Source of the DNA: an uncultured Aminicenantes bacterium
GTDB taxonomy: Bacteria > Acidobacteriota > Aminicenantia > UBA2199
Length of the DNA: 64,000 nucleotides
Direction of reading: 5' to 3'
NCBI GenBank assembly: GCA_965195285.1
Contig: CBDAFS010000049.1
Location: 1-64,000, forward strand
Shown here: positions 47,915 through 57,388 of the stretch, piece after piece
Layout of the letters: the number at the start of each line of letters is the position of its first letter
How positions within the stretch are numbered: position 1 is the stretch's first letter
The notes under the pieces: generated by a model
Told to the model about the DNA's origin: nothing
What the model saw: only the letters and a program-made list of their open reading frames with translations
Database searches by the model: none
Translations under genes and position numbers: made by a program

Positions 47915-48673
47915 ATGAAGATCGATTTAATTGGAATAAATATCCTGATTACCGGTGCCAGCCGGGGAATCGGCCAGGCCATTGCCCGACTGCTGGGAAA
48001 GGCCGGTGCCACTCTGGCCATACATTACCATCAAAATCAGGAATCTGCTCAGGAGCTGCAAAAAGAAATCGGTTCTCCGTCAGAGGTTTTTCAGGCTGAT
48101 CTGGCAGATTCTGAAGAATGTATTCGTCTTTTCGAGCGGGTTGAAGAGAAATTCGGGCATATTGATGTGTTGATCAACAATGCCGGAATTGCCATTCAGT
48201 CCCCGGTGGAACTGGAGCCGGAGGCCTGGATCCGGGATTGGGAATCCACTCTGAAGGTGAATCTCTCGGCCACTGCCCTGCTGTGTAAACTGGCCATCCG
48301 TCATTTTCTCAACCACAAGGGGGGGCGGATCATCAATATTGCTTCCCGGGCAGCTTTCCGGGGGGATACCATCGATTACCTGGCCTATGCAGCCTCCAAG
48401 GGCGGTATGGTCTCTTTGACCCGGTCCATTGCCCGTGGTTTTGGCAAACAGAACATCAAGGCCTTCCTCATTGCCCCGGGTTTTGTCAGGACCGATATGG
48501 CCCGGGAATTCATTGATTTCTATGGCGAGGAAAAGACCATTTCTGACCTGGCTTTAAATCGGTTGACCGAACCCGAGGATGTGGCACCCATGGTGGTATT
48601 TTTAGCCAGCGGCCTGGCCGACCATGCCACCGGCGGCACTTTTGACATCAACGCCGGCAGTTACGTCCATTAG
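47915..48673 (+). CDS. SDR-family oxidoreductase
   Basis: TGASRGIG, NNAG, YAASK, APG. Confidence 0.92.
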   Translation: MKIDLIGINILITGASRGIGQAIARLLGKAGATLAIHYHQNQESAQELQKEIGSPSEVFQADLADSEECIRLFERVEEKFGHIDVLINNAGIAIQSPVELEPEAWIRDWESTLKVNLSATALLCKLAIRHFLNHKGGRIINIASRAAFRGDTIDYLAYAASKGGMVSLTRSIARGFGKQNIKAFLIAPGFVRTDMAREFIDFYGEEKTISDLALNRLTEPEDVAPMVVFLASGLADHATGGTFDINAGSYVH

Positions 48674-48761
48674 GAAGAAATTGGAGTGTAAGTTAGTCTT
48701 TCCATCGAGCAAAGTAGTTGAAAAAACAGAGTAAGGAGTCAATATTGTGGTGATGATGCTT

Positions 48762-48791
48762 AAGCTAGAAGCTAGAGAAGCTAGAAGCTAG
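48762..48791 (+). repeat. Tandem AAGCTAG x4 abutting the left end of the HUH element
   Basis: AAGCTAG AAGCTAG AG AAGCTAG AAGCTAG. Confidence 0.85.
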
Positions 48792-49768
48792 GGACGGTGC
48801 CTTACTTTATTACTTTTTGAATTGTGTTTTTCTTATTTTTGCGTCCCGATATAATTTTGGTAATGAATTAACCTGAAGATCTGTAAATAACGGTATCTCA
48901 ATTATATCAGTATATTTTAATCCGGAAAGCTCTTTTACTAACACCAATAGCTCTCCTCGAAGCCTTTTTCCTGCAAATGTATTTATATTTACATCCTCGA
49001 TTTTTATCCCTTTTAGGTTTTCGAATTCCATTAAAATTTTTTCAACAGGTTCAAAATATCGATCATTAATCCTCTTCCGCCCTGAACTTTGGGCTTTCTT
49101 TCTTCTGTCATACCTGAATAATGCCTCTTTTAGAAATTCTTCTGATCCCAATACTTCACCATACTTTGATTTAATGATCTTCAATTCTTTCCCAGTCATT
49201 CCTGTTAGAAACTTGTAAAACTCCCCTTTACTGGAAAATAGGCCCTCTACGAATACATCATCTACAATTTTTGATACTCTTCCATCAAAATAATCCTTAA
49301 TACTCGACCAATTATAATCATTATATTTTTGAACTATACCTGCTTTTACAGGATTTAGCAGTGCATAACCAATTGACATTCTCAAGTAGGAATCATCCTG
49401 AATTAATGTAGATTTAAACCTGTTCTGGAAAACATAACCTTTTCCGCCCTCTTTTTTCCTGTAATACATCCCGTATTTTCCGTTTATACTTTTGATAAAT
49501 TCTGAAAATTGGCCACTGCTATTCTCTAGAATGAGATGGTAATGATTATCCAAAATGCAATATGCAAATACCCTGATCCTGTATCTTTTTATATTTTCTC
49601 CAATGTTTTCAAGGAAAAAAATTTTATTTGCACTATCAGAAAAAATATCTTCTCCATTATGCCCCCGATTCATAACATGATGATATGCTCCTTGATAGGT
49701 TACTCTGGCCCTTCTCATGATTAAATTGTATCATAATTAAAAAAAGTAATAAAGTAAGGCACCGTCCC
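48791..49768. mobile_element. Y1/HUH transposase element bounded by perfect 28-bp inverted repeats
   Basis: GGGACGGTGCCTTACTTTATTACTTTTT at 48791-48818 and its exact reverse complement at 49741-49768 around the transposase. Confidence 0.85.
48810..49718 (-). CDS. RAYT-like Y1 HUH transposase with C-terminal helical extension
   Basis: MRRAR...YHHVMNRG...AYCILDNHYHL (HUH)...GYVFQNRFKS...YALLNPVKAG...YNWSS. Confidence 0.9.
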   Translation of the reverse strand: MRRARVTYQGAYHHVMNRGHNGEDIFSDSANKIFFLENIGENIKRYRIRVFAYCILDNHYHLILENSSGQFSEFIKSINGKYGMYYRKKEGGKGYVFQNRFKSTLIQDDSYLRMSIGYALLNPVKAGIVQKYNDYNWSSIKDYFDGRVSKIVDDVFVEGLFSSKGEFYKFLTGMTGKELKIIKSKYGEVLGSEEFLKEALFRYDRRKKAQSSGRKRINDRYFEPVEKILMEFENLKGIKIEDVNINTFAGKRLRGELLVLVKELSGLKYTDIIEIPLFTDLQVNSLPKLYRDAKIRKTQFKK

Positions 49769-49788
49769 CGTTTCTTTCCCCGTTTCTT
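49765..49788 (+). repeat. Tandem duplication TCCCCGTTTCTT x2 at the right end of the HUH element
   Basis: Units at 49765-49776 and 49777-49788. Confidence 0.8.
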
Positions 49789-49879
49789 TGGGGGCCTATC
49801 AAATTGCCAATCTTTCTTCATTCAGATATAATATTTTTTTAGATATTGGGCTTCGAATTCCCGAATCAGGAGGTGTGCT

Positions 49880-50185
49880 ATGGCGGAAAAAAAAGTGAGT
49901 GTGACCACGATCGGTCTGGCGATGCTTATCTTTGGAACCCTTTCGCTACTGGAGTCGACCGGTGTGTTTTCACCTTTTCGCAATTGGTGGCTGCCCGTTA
50001 TCCTTATCGTTGTGGGATTGCTGGTTGTTTTGAACCGGAAAGGGACGGTGCGGGTTTTGGGGTGGATCTGTCTGGGCTATGGCGCGGTTTTGCTGTTGAT
50101 GGCGATGGGCCTCTTTCACCTGACATTTTTGTGGCAGATTTCTCCGATAGCCTGGATATTTTTCGGGCTGTTTCTTTTGTTGTAA
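49880..50185 (+). CDS. Small four-TM membrane protein (LiaF/DUF5668-like)
   Basis: Two repeats of G-hydrophobic-G...W-x-P-hydrophobic-G; AGGAGG RBS. Confidence 0.6.
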   Translation: MAEKKVSVTTIGLAMLIFGTLSLLESTGVFSPFRNWWLPVILIVVGLLVVLNRKGTVRVLGWICLGYGAVLLLMAMGLFHLTFLWQISPIAWIFFGLFLLL

Positions 50186-50226
50186 TCCTCGAATTTTTTC
50201 CTCACGAGCAAAAAAACGAAAGCGCG

Positions 50227-50255
50227 GGAACTTCAGGCCTTCCCCGGGCGTCAAA
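50227..50255 (+). promoter_or_regulatory. ECF (sigmaE-type) promoter
   Basis: GGAACTT (50227-50233), 16 nt, GTCAAA (50250-50255), upstream of an operon that encodes an ECF sigma factor. Confidence 0.7.
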
Positions 50256-50283
50256 AGGGTGAAATCCAATCTAGGAGTGAGAC

Positions 50284-50856
50284 ATGAAAAAATGGTTACT
50301 TTTGATGTTGATCGTTTTGCTGGCCACGGGCGCATCGTTCGCGCAAATGCCGGAGGAGGTGAAGAAGGAACTCAATCTAAGCGATAAACAATCCGAGAAG
50401 ATCGACCAGGCCATGATCGAGTTCAAAAAAGCGAGTGAGAAGTTGTATCTGGACATGCAGGAACAGGAGTTGAAATTCAAACGAGAAATGCTCTCGGAAG
50501 GTCCCGATATCAATCGTATTCGCGTCGTCATACAGAAGAAACACCAATTCGCCGCACAACTGGAAATTGAAAAAATTAAAAACATTTTAAGAATCAAATC
50601 GGTGATGAGTGAGAAACAATTCCAGCGGTGGAAAGATTTTGAGAAGGTGAAAATGGTTTATGAGGAGCAGGATCGGCAGAGGCGTGAGGCACTGCGGTTG
50701 ACCAGGGAGCATGAGCGCCAAAAACGCGAAGAGCTCCGAAAGTTCAGGGAGGAGGAGCGGAAATACGTAGAACGGGAAAAGCAGAAGGCGGAATTGAAAC
50801 GGATAGAAGAGGAGAAACGTCGTACAAAAAAGGAAGACGACGGATTCCCGCACTGA
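50284..50856 (+). CDS. Spy/CpxP/ZraP-like periplasmic protein with charged coiled-coil tail
   Basis: Signal peptide ASFA-Q, ELNLSDKQ and VMSEKQ (LTxxQ-like) repeats. Confidence 0.65.
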   Translation: MKKWLLLMLIVLLATGASFAQMPEEVKKELNLSDKQSEKIDQAMIEFKKASEKLYLDMQEQELKFKREMLSEGPDINRIRVVIQKKHQFAAQLEIEKIKNILRIKSVMSEKQFQRWKDFEKVKMVYEEQDRQRREALRLTREHERQKREELRKFREEERKYVEREKQKAELKRIEEEKRRTKKEDDGFPH

Positions 50857-50866
50857 AGAATGGCGT

Positions 50867-51403
50867 ATGGTGGATGAGAGTGAGCGCATCTTTATCGATC
50901 GCCTGAAGGCGGGGGAGTCCTCCGCCTTCGACCATCTCATACACGACCAGCGTCCCGCGTTGCTGCGGTTGGCAACCGTGATCACCGGGGATCGGGAGGC
51001 GGGGGAGGACGTGGTGCAGGAAACATTTTTGAATTTGTATCGGTCTATACAAAGCTTTAACGGCCACGGACGTTTGTCCACCTACCTCTACCGGATGACC
51101 GTAAACGGCAGCATCAGCCATCTGCGCGCCCGGCGCAGGCGGTCACAGCTCACTCAGCGCCTGCCGCAAATCCAGGACGTGGACGATGTGGGGGCGGAGG
51201 TGGAGAAGAGGGAAACGGTGGCCGCCGCTCTGGCCAGGCTGCCACTCAAGTTCCGGGCGCCATTGCTGCTCTTGGAGGTGATGGAATTGCCGTACAGAGA
51301 GATTGCGCAGGTACTTAAAATCCCGGTGAACACCGTGCGCTCACGGATATTCCGGGCTCGGGAGAAGTTGCTGAACATTTTAAAAAATTTGGGGAACGCA
51401 TGA
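50867..51403 (+). CDS. ECF RNA polymerase sigma factor
   Basis: EDVVQETF, TYLYRMTVN, YREIAQVLKIPVNTVRSRIFRAR. Confidence 0.92.
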   Translation: MVDESERIFIDRLKAGESSAFDHLIHDQRPALLRLATVITGDREAGEDVVQETFLNLYRSIQSFNGHGRLSTYLYRMTVNGSISHLRARRRRSQLTQRLPQIQDVDDVGAEVEKRETVAAALARLPLKFRAPLLLLEVMELPYREIAQVLKIPVNTVRSRIFRAREKLLNILKNLGNA

Positions 51404-51933
51404 AAAAGAGATGTTACTTTTATAAACGGTTACTAAGCCGCCGCATCGACGGTGATCTCGGCGGCGATGAGGCAGCGATCCTGGAAGACCACCTCAAACA
51501 ATGCCCCGACTGTCGCGCCAGGGAGCAGCGTTACACCCGCCTGAGAGAGGAAATAAAAAATCTTCATACCACCGCCAACCAATCATGGGCCCGAACCGTG
51601 CTCCCCATGCCCGGAAAAAACCTGGCGGGCCGCTTCGCCTGGAAACGGTCTCTCGGCTGGATTACCGCGGCCGTGGTGATTTTTATTCTCGGATTCCTCC
51701 TCTTTGTCCGTTCCGATCCCTTGAACAGACTGGCGAGAAAAAATCCGCTCGTGTATGAACCCATGCGTACCTTCATTTGCTTTACGGACGAGAGCGGAGC
51801 CGGACAAAAAACCGTCTCATCAGAGCCATACAATCCCATGAGTCATTATATCGCCCGGGTGGACAGCGGCCAGCAGATCAATCGGTTTTTTTTAAACGAG
51901 CAGACGGTCAACGACATTATTTCTGAACAGTAA
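51400..51933 (+). CDS. zf-HC2 transmembrane anti-sigma factor
   Basis: HLKQCPDC (HxxxCxxC), single TM, ATGA overlap with the sigma gene. Confidence 0.85.
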   Translation: MKKRCYFYKRLLSRRIDGDLGGDEAAILEDHLKQCPDCRAREQRYTRLREEIKNLHTTANQSWARTVLPMPGKNLAGRFAWKRSLGWITAAVVIFILGFLLFVRSDPLNRLARKNPLVYEPMRTFICFTDESGAGQKTVSSEPYNPMSHYIARVDSGQQINRFFLNEQTVNDIISEQ

Positions 51934-52158
51934 CCGTCGTTTTCTCAGATCCCCCCCATCGTCCGATGGCGGACGGGATAAAGCTAGGGACGATGCCTTA
52001 CTTTATTATTAATGGATATGTTCATCGTTTTTCTAAAAAAACAGTTCGCCTAATTTTCCCTATATCCTTGACATGTCACCTGAACTTGGTTTATACAATT
52101 ATACATATGTTCCAAATCTTTAAAAATATTAAAAACAATCGACCATGAGGAGGATTTT

Positions 52159-53478
52159 ATGTCAAGAAAAAAAGAAATGAGCCGGCGCAATTTTATTAAA
52201 GCATCTGCTGCTGGTGTTGTTGGTACAGGGGTCTTATCTCAGGCTCCTTTAATGTCGGCCATAGAAGGAAAAAAAGCAAATTCTGCAAAAATAAAAGAGT
52301 ATAGGGTCTTGGGTCGAACCGGTTTTAACGTATCTGATATTGGGGTTGGTGGTGTTACTTCCGTTGGCGTATTAAATGCACTGCTTGATGCGGGTGTCAA
52401 TTATATTGATTCTGCTGAAGGCTATGGTAGAGGGCAATCAGAGAAGAATATTGGAGAAGCGATTCAAGGGAGGGACAGAAAAAAGATTTTTATTACCACG
52501 AAATTGGTATTTAAAAAGGATAAACCAGAAACCAAGGAGATGATTATAGAGCGGTTCCAAAAATGTTTGAAACGTTTACAAACTGATTATGTAGATTGTT
52601 TGATGATTCATAGCGCAGCTACTCCAGACGCATTGAAGAACAAAGCTTTTCACGCTGCGGTGAAACAGCTTAAAGCAGAAGAAAAACTTCGATTTATTGG
52701 AGTTTCCAATCATGGCGGTCATTATGATAATGTTCCTGCATCAATGGAAGAAGTCTTGCTGGCTGCTGTTGAAGACGGCCGTTTTGATTTGTTTTTGTTG
52801 GTTTATAACTTTCTTCAATATGAACAGGCTGACAATGTCATGAAAGCCTGCAGAAAGAAAAATATCGGTGTTACTCTGATGAAAACAAATCCGGTTGGAA
52901 AATATTATGGCTTGCAGGAACGAATTGAGACCATGAAAAAAGAGGGGAAAAAGGTTCCGGATTTTTATAATAATTATATAGTCCGGCTTAAAACTCAGGT
53001 TGATAAGGCAGAGGCATTTATAAAAAAATACAACTTACAAAATCCCAAAGAAATATCAGCGGCAGCCTATCGCTTTGTACTGGGTAATCCGAATGTGAGT
53101 ACGGTAAATATTGCATTTCGGAATTTTGATTCTATCGATGAAATCCTTCAATTATCCGGAAGTCGATTGACTAAAAAAGATAAAAAAACCCTGGCAGCAT
53201 ATGAAATGGGTTGCAGCCAATTGTATTGCCGACATGCATGTGGTATTTGTGAGGACAATTGTCAGAGAGGGGTACCGGTTAACACTATCATGCGGTACAG
53301 CCATTACTTTGATGCCCAGGGGCGAGAGAAAGAGGCCATGATAAAATATGCTGCTTTAACCTCAAAAAGGGCCGATCAATGTGAGGATTGCTCGGGTGGA
53401 TGCGAGGTCAAATGTCCTTATGGAGTTCCCATTCAGGGCCTTTTGGTTCTGGCACACAACCTGTTAACGCTTAGCTGA
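52159..53478 (+). CDS. Tat-exported aldo/keto reductase with C-terminal 4Fe-4S dicluster-like domain
   Basis: MSRRNFIK Tat motif; YRVLGRTG, IDSAEGY, TTK, DCLMIH, GVSNH; CRHACGIC and CEDCSGGCEVKCP. Confidence 0.85.
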   Translation: MSRKKEMSRRNFIKASAAGVVGTGVLSQAPLMSAIEGKKANSAKIKEYRVLGRTGFNVSDIGVGGVTSVGVLNALLDAGVNYIDSAEGYGRGQSEKNIGEAIQGRDRKKIFITTKLVFKKDKPETKEMIIERFQKCLKRLQTDYVDCLMIHSAATPDALKNKAFHAAVKQLKAEEKLRFIGVSNHGGHYDNVPASMEEVLLAAVEDGRFDLFLLVYNFLQYEQADNVMKACRKKNIGVTLMKTNPVGKYYGLQERIETMKKEGKKVPDFYNNYIVRLKTQVDKAEAFIKKYNLQNPKEISAAAYRFVLGNPNVSTVNIAFRNFDSIDEILQLSGSRLTKKDKKTLAAYEMGCSQLYCRHACGICEDNCQRGVPVNTIMRYSHYFDAQGREKEAMIKYAALTSKRADQCEDCSGGCEVKCPYGVPIQGLLVLAHNLLTLS

Positions 53479-53490
53479 CGCTTAAAAATA

Positions 53491-54195
53491 GTGAAGGAAC
53501 CTTTATTACACTTTTTAAGAAAACATGGTGTTAATGTCTCAAATATTGAAAAAATTGTGTGTGGAAAAAAATATACTGCAGTCCTTTTAAAAAATGGGAA
53601 TATTGGTGTGTGTGCAAACCTGTTGAATCAGTTTAAAGTTAATATTGAGGAGTTGAACAACCCTGATTTAAAAAAAATAGAACACAGGATAATTATAACT
53701 GCTTATTTTAATGCCACGCTAAATTATTTAAATAATTATCATAATAGTGTCAATATTTTTGAAGATATTAATTATAAAAAACACAAAAATATAGTAATGA
53801 TTGGGCTTTTTAAACCTGTCTTGAAAAAATTCAACGATGAAAATATTAAAGTTGCCGTTTTTGATATGATAAAAAAAAATCGACAACTTACTCCATTAGA
53901 TGAAAAAAGGGTATACATCCAAAATGCAGATGTGATAATACTTTCTGCAACAACTATTTTTAATGGAACGTTTATGGAGATTGTAAAAAATACAGGAGAA
54001 ATGTGTGATATATTTCTTTTAGGTCCGTCATCAATTATGAATAGGGATATGTTTGAATATAAAAACATAAAAAAAATTTTCGGATCCATATTTAAATCAC
54101 ATGATAAAAAAGTACTGAACACTATCAAATGCGGGCATGGTACAAGGAAATTCTTGCAGTATGGCAAAAAAGTATCTCTTAAAGTAATAAAGTAA
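53491..54195 (+). CDS. DUF364 / Rossmann-like putative heavy-metal-chelation protein
   Basis: VMIGLFKP, ADVIILSATTIFNGT, LLGPSS motifs; GTG start; AT-rich. Confidence 0.7.
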   Translation: MKEPLLHFLRKHGVNVSNIEKIVCGKKYTAVLLKNGNIGVCANLLNQFKVNIEELNNPDLKKIEHRIIITAYFNATLNYLNNYHNSVNIFEDINYKKHKNIVMIGLFKPVLKKFNDENIKVAVFDMIKKNRQLTPLDEKRVYIQNADVIILSATTIFNGTFMEIVKNTGEMCDIFLLGPSSIMNRDMFEYKNIKKIFGSIFKSHDKKVLNTIKCGHGTRKFLQYGKKVSLKVIK

Positions 54196-54365
54196 GGCAC
54201 CGTCCCCGTTTCGTCCCGTTTCGTTATCATTTAGATATAGATGTGATAAAAAAGGGTGGCGCCTATTAGGTCGATTGCAAAGATGAATAAGATATTGAAG
54301 TAAAGGGGAAATTGCAGTATAATACGGGAAGTATATCAATCTTGAATTCGGATGGGTGATAAGCG

Positions 54366-56822
54366 ATGAAGTACAATTTCAAAGAGATTGAAAAAAAATG
54401 GCAAAAATCCTGGGAAGCGGAAAAGGTTTTTCAATCGCTTGAGGATGACCAAAAGCCAAAATTTTACTGCCTGGAGATGTTTCCCTATCCTTCCGGCAGA
54501 ATTCATATGGGTCATGTCCGCAACTATTCCATCGGTGATGTGGTTGCCCGCCAGAAAATGATGGGGGGATTCAATGTGCTGCATCCCATGGGCTGGGATG
54601 CCCTGGGCATGCCCGCAGAAAACGCTGCCATCAAACACGGATTGCATCCCAAGGATTGGACCCTGAAAAATATTGAATTCATGAAAGCCCAGCTTAAAAA
54701 ACTCGGTTTTTCATATGATTGGACCCGGGAACTGGCCACCTGTATGCCCGAATATTATAAATGGAATCAATACATTTTCATCAAAATGTTTGAGAAAGGC
54801 CTGGCTTATAAGAAAAAATCAGAGGTTAACTGGTGTCCCTCCTGTAAAACCGTCTTGGCCAACGAGCAGGTTATTGTGGGCAAGTGCTGGAGATGCGATT
54901 CCCTGGTCGAATCAAAAGAATTGGACCAGTGGTTTTTAAAAATTGTGGATTATGCGGATGAATTGCTCCAGTCACATGACCAACTGCAGAACTGGCCGAC
55001 CAAAGTACTGCTCATGCAAAAAAACTGGATCGGAAAGAGTGAAGGGGCCGGGTTCAGTTTTGAGGTGGATGGAACCGGTTTGAAAATAGAAATATTCACC
55101 ACCCGGCTGGATACCATTTTCGGGTCTACATTTGTTGCCCTGTCGGTCCAGCATCCGCTGGTCAAGGAGTTGATTCAGGATCATTCCGATTCGGATGGAG
55201 TTGAGGTTTTTATCCGGGAGATCGAACAGGAAAGAAAGGCGGGCCGGGAGTTGACTGAGAAGAAGGGATTCTTTACCGGTAAGTATGCTATCAATCCTTT
55301 TAACGGGGAAAGAATCCCCATCTGGCTGGCCAATTTTGTCCTCATCGAGTATGGGACCGGAGCCATCATGTCGGTGCCGGCCCATGATGAAAGGGATTTT
55401 GAGTTTGCCCGGAAATATAACATACCGGTTCACCGGGTTATTGTGGAGGACAAAAACAAGTCCTATCCCAATGAAGTTGAGGAAGTCTTTGTTGAAAAGG
55501 GTTACCTGATTAATTCGGGGCCCTATGATGGTCTGAGTTCAGATGAGTCCATTGAAAAGATGGGTAAGTTTCTGACTGATAATCGGCTGGGTGAATTGAA
55601 GACGATGTTCAGAATCCGGGACTGGGGGATATCCCGTCAGCGGTTCTGGGGAACCCCGATTCCCATTTTCTACTGTGAAAAATGCGGAGTGGTACCCGAA
55701 TTGGTTGAGAATTTACCGGTTAAGTTACCCGAAGATGTGGAATTAACCGTTGAAGGTGGCTCACTCCTGAAACATTCAAAATCGTTTTTGAACGGGAGCT
55801 GTCCCACCTGCGGAGGTCCGGCCCAGCGGGAAACCGATACCATGGATACCTTTTTTGATTCATCCTGGTATTACTTCAGGTATGCGGGCGCATCGGATAA
55901 AGAGCCGTTTAAGCCGGAATCGATCCGGTACTGGTTGCCAGTTGATTTCTATGTGGGCGGGGAAACCCATGCCATTCTCCATCTCATTTATTCCCGTTTT
56001 TTTACTTATGTGTTTCGGGATATGGGCTGGACAGATATTGCCGAACCATTTCCCCACCTGCTTACTCAGGGAATGGTCACTCTGGGGGGAAGTGCCATGT
56101 CAAAATCCAGGGGGAATGTGGTGGATCCCGATCACCTGGTGGAGAAATACGGGGCCGACACCGTGAGGTTGTTTATTCTTTTTGCTGCGCCTCCGGAAAA
56201 AAACCTGGAATGGAACGAACAGGGAGTGGAGGGGGTTGACCGCTTTTTACACAGAATCTGGAATCTGTTTCACCGGAATCAGGAACTGTTTTCCCGGGAA
56301 AGGGAGTTCGGGATAGCTGATCCTGCCAGCCAGGAATTGTACACCCGGTTGCAGCAAACCATAAAAAAGGTTACCGAAGATATTGAGGTGAGATTTCATT
56401 TGAATACGGCCATAGCAGCCATGATGGAGTTTTTCAATGAGTTGAGTTCAGCCCATGAGACCCTGAAATCAAAAAATCCCGGATTGCTCAAGCATTGTTT
56501 TGAGGAATTGCTGAAGTTGCTGTCCCCGTTTACCCCACATTTTTGTGAAGAGCTATGGGAAAAAACGGGTCATCAATCCTTTATGGCCAACCAGTGCTGG
56601 CCTGAGGTGAATCTGAAATTCGTTTCGGAAGATCAGGTCAATATCATGATCCAGATCAATGGGAAGATCAGGGAAAAGATTATGGCCAATCTGGACGAAG
56701 ATGAGACCAAGATAAAGGAAATGGCCTTGAATTCGGAGAAAGTTATGCAGTATACACAAGGCAAGGAAATGGTTAAAATCATTTATGTTAAAAATAAGAT
56801 GTTGAGTATTGTGGTGAAATAA
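54366..56822 (+). CDS. leuS: Leucine--tRNA ligase
   Basis: MFPYPSG, HMGH (HIGH), DWGISRQRFWG, AMSKS (KMSKS). Confidence 0.97.
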   Translation: MKYNFKEIEKKWQKSWEAEKVFQSLEDDQKPKFYCLEMFPYPSGRIHMGHVRNYSIGDVVARQKMMGGFNVLHPMGWDALGMPAENAAIKHGLHPKDWTLKNIEFMKAQLKKLGFSYDWTRELATCMPEYYKWNQYIFIKMFEKGLAYKKKSEVNWCPSCKTVLANEQVIVGKCWRCDSLVESKELDQWFLKIVDYADELLQSHDQLQNWPTKVLLMQKNWIGKSEGAGFSFEVDGTGLKIEIFTTRLDTIFGSTFVALSVQHPLVKELIQDHSDSDGVEVFIREIEQERKAGRELTEKKGFFTGKYAINPFNGERIPIWLANFVLIEYGTGAIMSVPAHDERDFEFARKYNIPVHRVIVEDKNKSYPNEVEEVFVEKGYLINSGPYDGLSSDESIEKMGKFLTDNRLGELKTMFRIRDWGISRQRFWGTPIPIFYCEKCGVVPELVENLPVKLPEDVELTVEGGSLLKHSKSFLNGSCPTCGGPAQRETDTMDTFFDSSWYYFRYAGASDKEPFKPESIRYWLPVDFYVGGETHAILHLIYSRFFTYVFRDMGWTDIAEPFPHLLTQGMVTLGGSAMSKSRGNVVDPDHLVEKYGADTVRLFILFAAPPEKNLEWNEQGVEGVDRFLHRIWNLFHRNQELFSREREFGIADPASQELYTRLQQTIKKVTEDIEVRFHLNTAIAAMMEFFNELSSAHETLKSKNPGLLKHCFEELLKLLSPFTPHFCEELWEKTGHQSFMANQCWPEVNLKFVSEDQVNIMIQINGKIREKIMANLDEDETKIKEMALNSEKVMQYTQGKEMVKIIYVKNKMLSIVVK

Positions 56823-57346
56823 TGATGAGTTTAAAAAGAATCAAGTCGATAACGCTGTTATGGGTGGGTTTGCTGTTCCTGACCGGCTGTGGCTATCAGT
56901 TGTCCGGCCGCGGAAGTCAAATCCCCGATCATATCAAGAGCATCTATATACCTGATTTTGATAATAAAACCTCTCTGTCTCAGGCCGAGCAGTATGTAAC
57001 TTTTGCCATCCGGGATGAATTTATAAAGCGCAGCCGACTAAAATTGATTGAAAACCTGTCAGAAGCGGATTCAAGCCTGGAAGGTGAAATTTCCTATTTT
57101 GATGTCAAGCCTCTGAACATATCCCAGGCAGGTCAATCCAATCTCTATAACTTAAGAATCAGGCTAAAGGTCAGGTTCATTGATTTGAAAACCAATCAGA
57201 TCATTTATGAAAATAAAAATGTCAGTTTCTCCCAGCAGTATGAAATTGATACCGGTGATTTTTTTTCACAGGCGGCCGAAGCTCTGATAAAAATTTCAGC
57301 AGAATTCTCCGATAGCATTGTGTCAATCATGCTTGAAAATTTTTAA
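56822..57346 (+). CDS. lptE: LPS assembly lipoprotein LptE
   Basis: Lipobox LTGCGY; position between leuS and holA. Confidence 0.8.
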   Translation: MMSLKRIKSITLLWVGLLFLTGCGYQLSGRGSQIPDHIKSIYIPDFDNKTSLSQAEQYVTFAIRDEFIKRSRLKLIENLSEADSSLEGEISYFDVKPLNISQAGQSNLYNLRIRLKVRFIDLKTNQIIYENKNVSFSQQYEIDTGDFFSQAAEALIKISAEFSDSIVSIMLENF

Positions 57347-57388
57347 CCAATACCCGGAATCATGACCCGATGATCATATACAGCTAAA

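Larger units (their letters stand above)
51981..54221. mobile_element. Non-autonomous cargo cassette bounded by the same ends as the 48.8-49.8 kb HUH element
   Basis: Left AAGCTAGGGACGATGCCTTACTTTATTA (51981-52008); right AAAGTAATAAAGTAAGGCACCGTCCC (54181-54206) followed by CGTTTCGTCCCGTTT. Confidence 0.75.

Noticed and set aside
51966-52148. 60-aa ORF spanning the cassette left end
   Set aside because: It runs through the inverted repeat and promoter region, has no RBS, and is probably spurious
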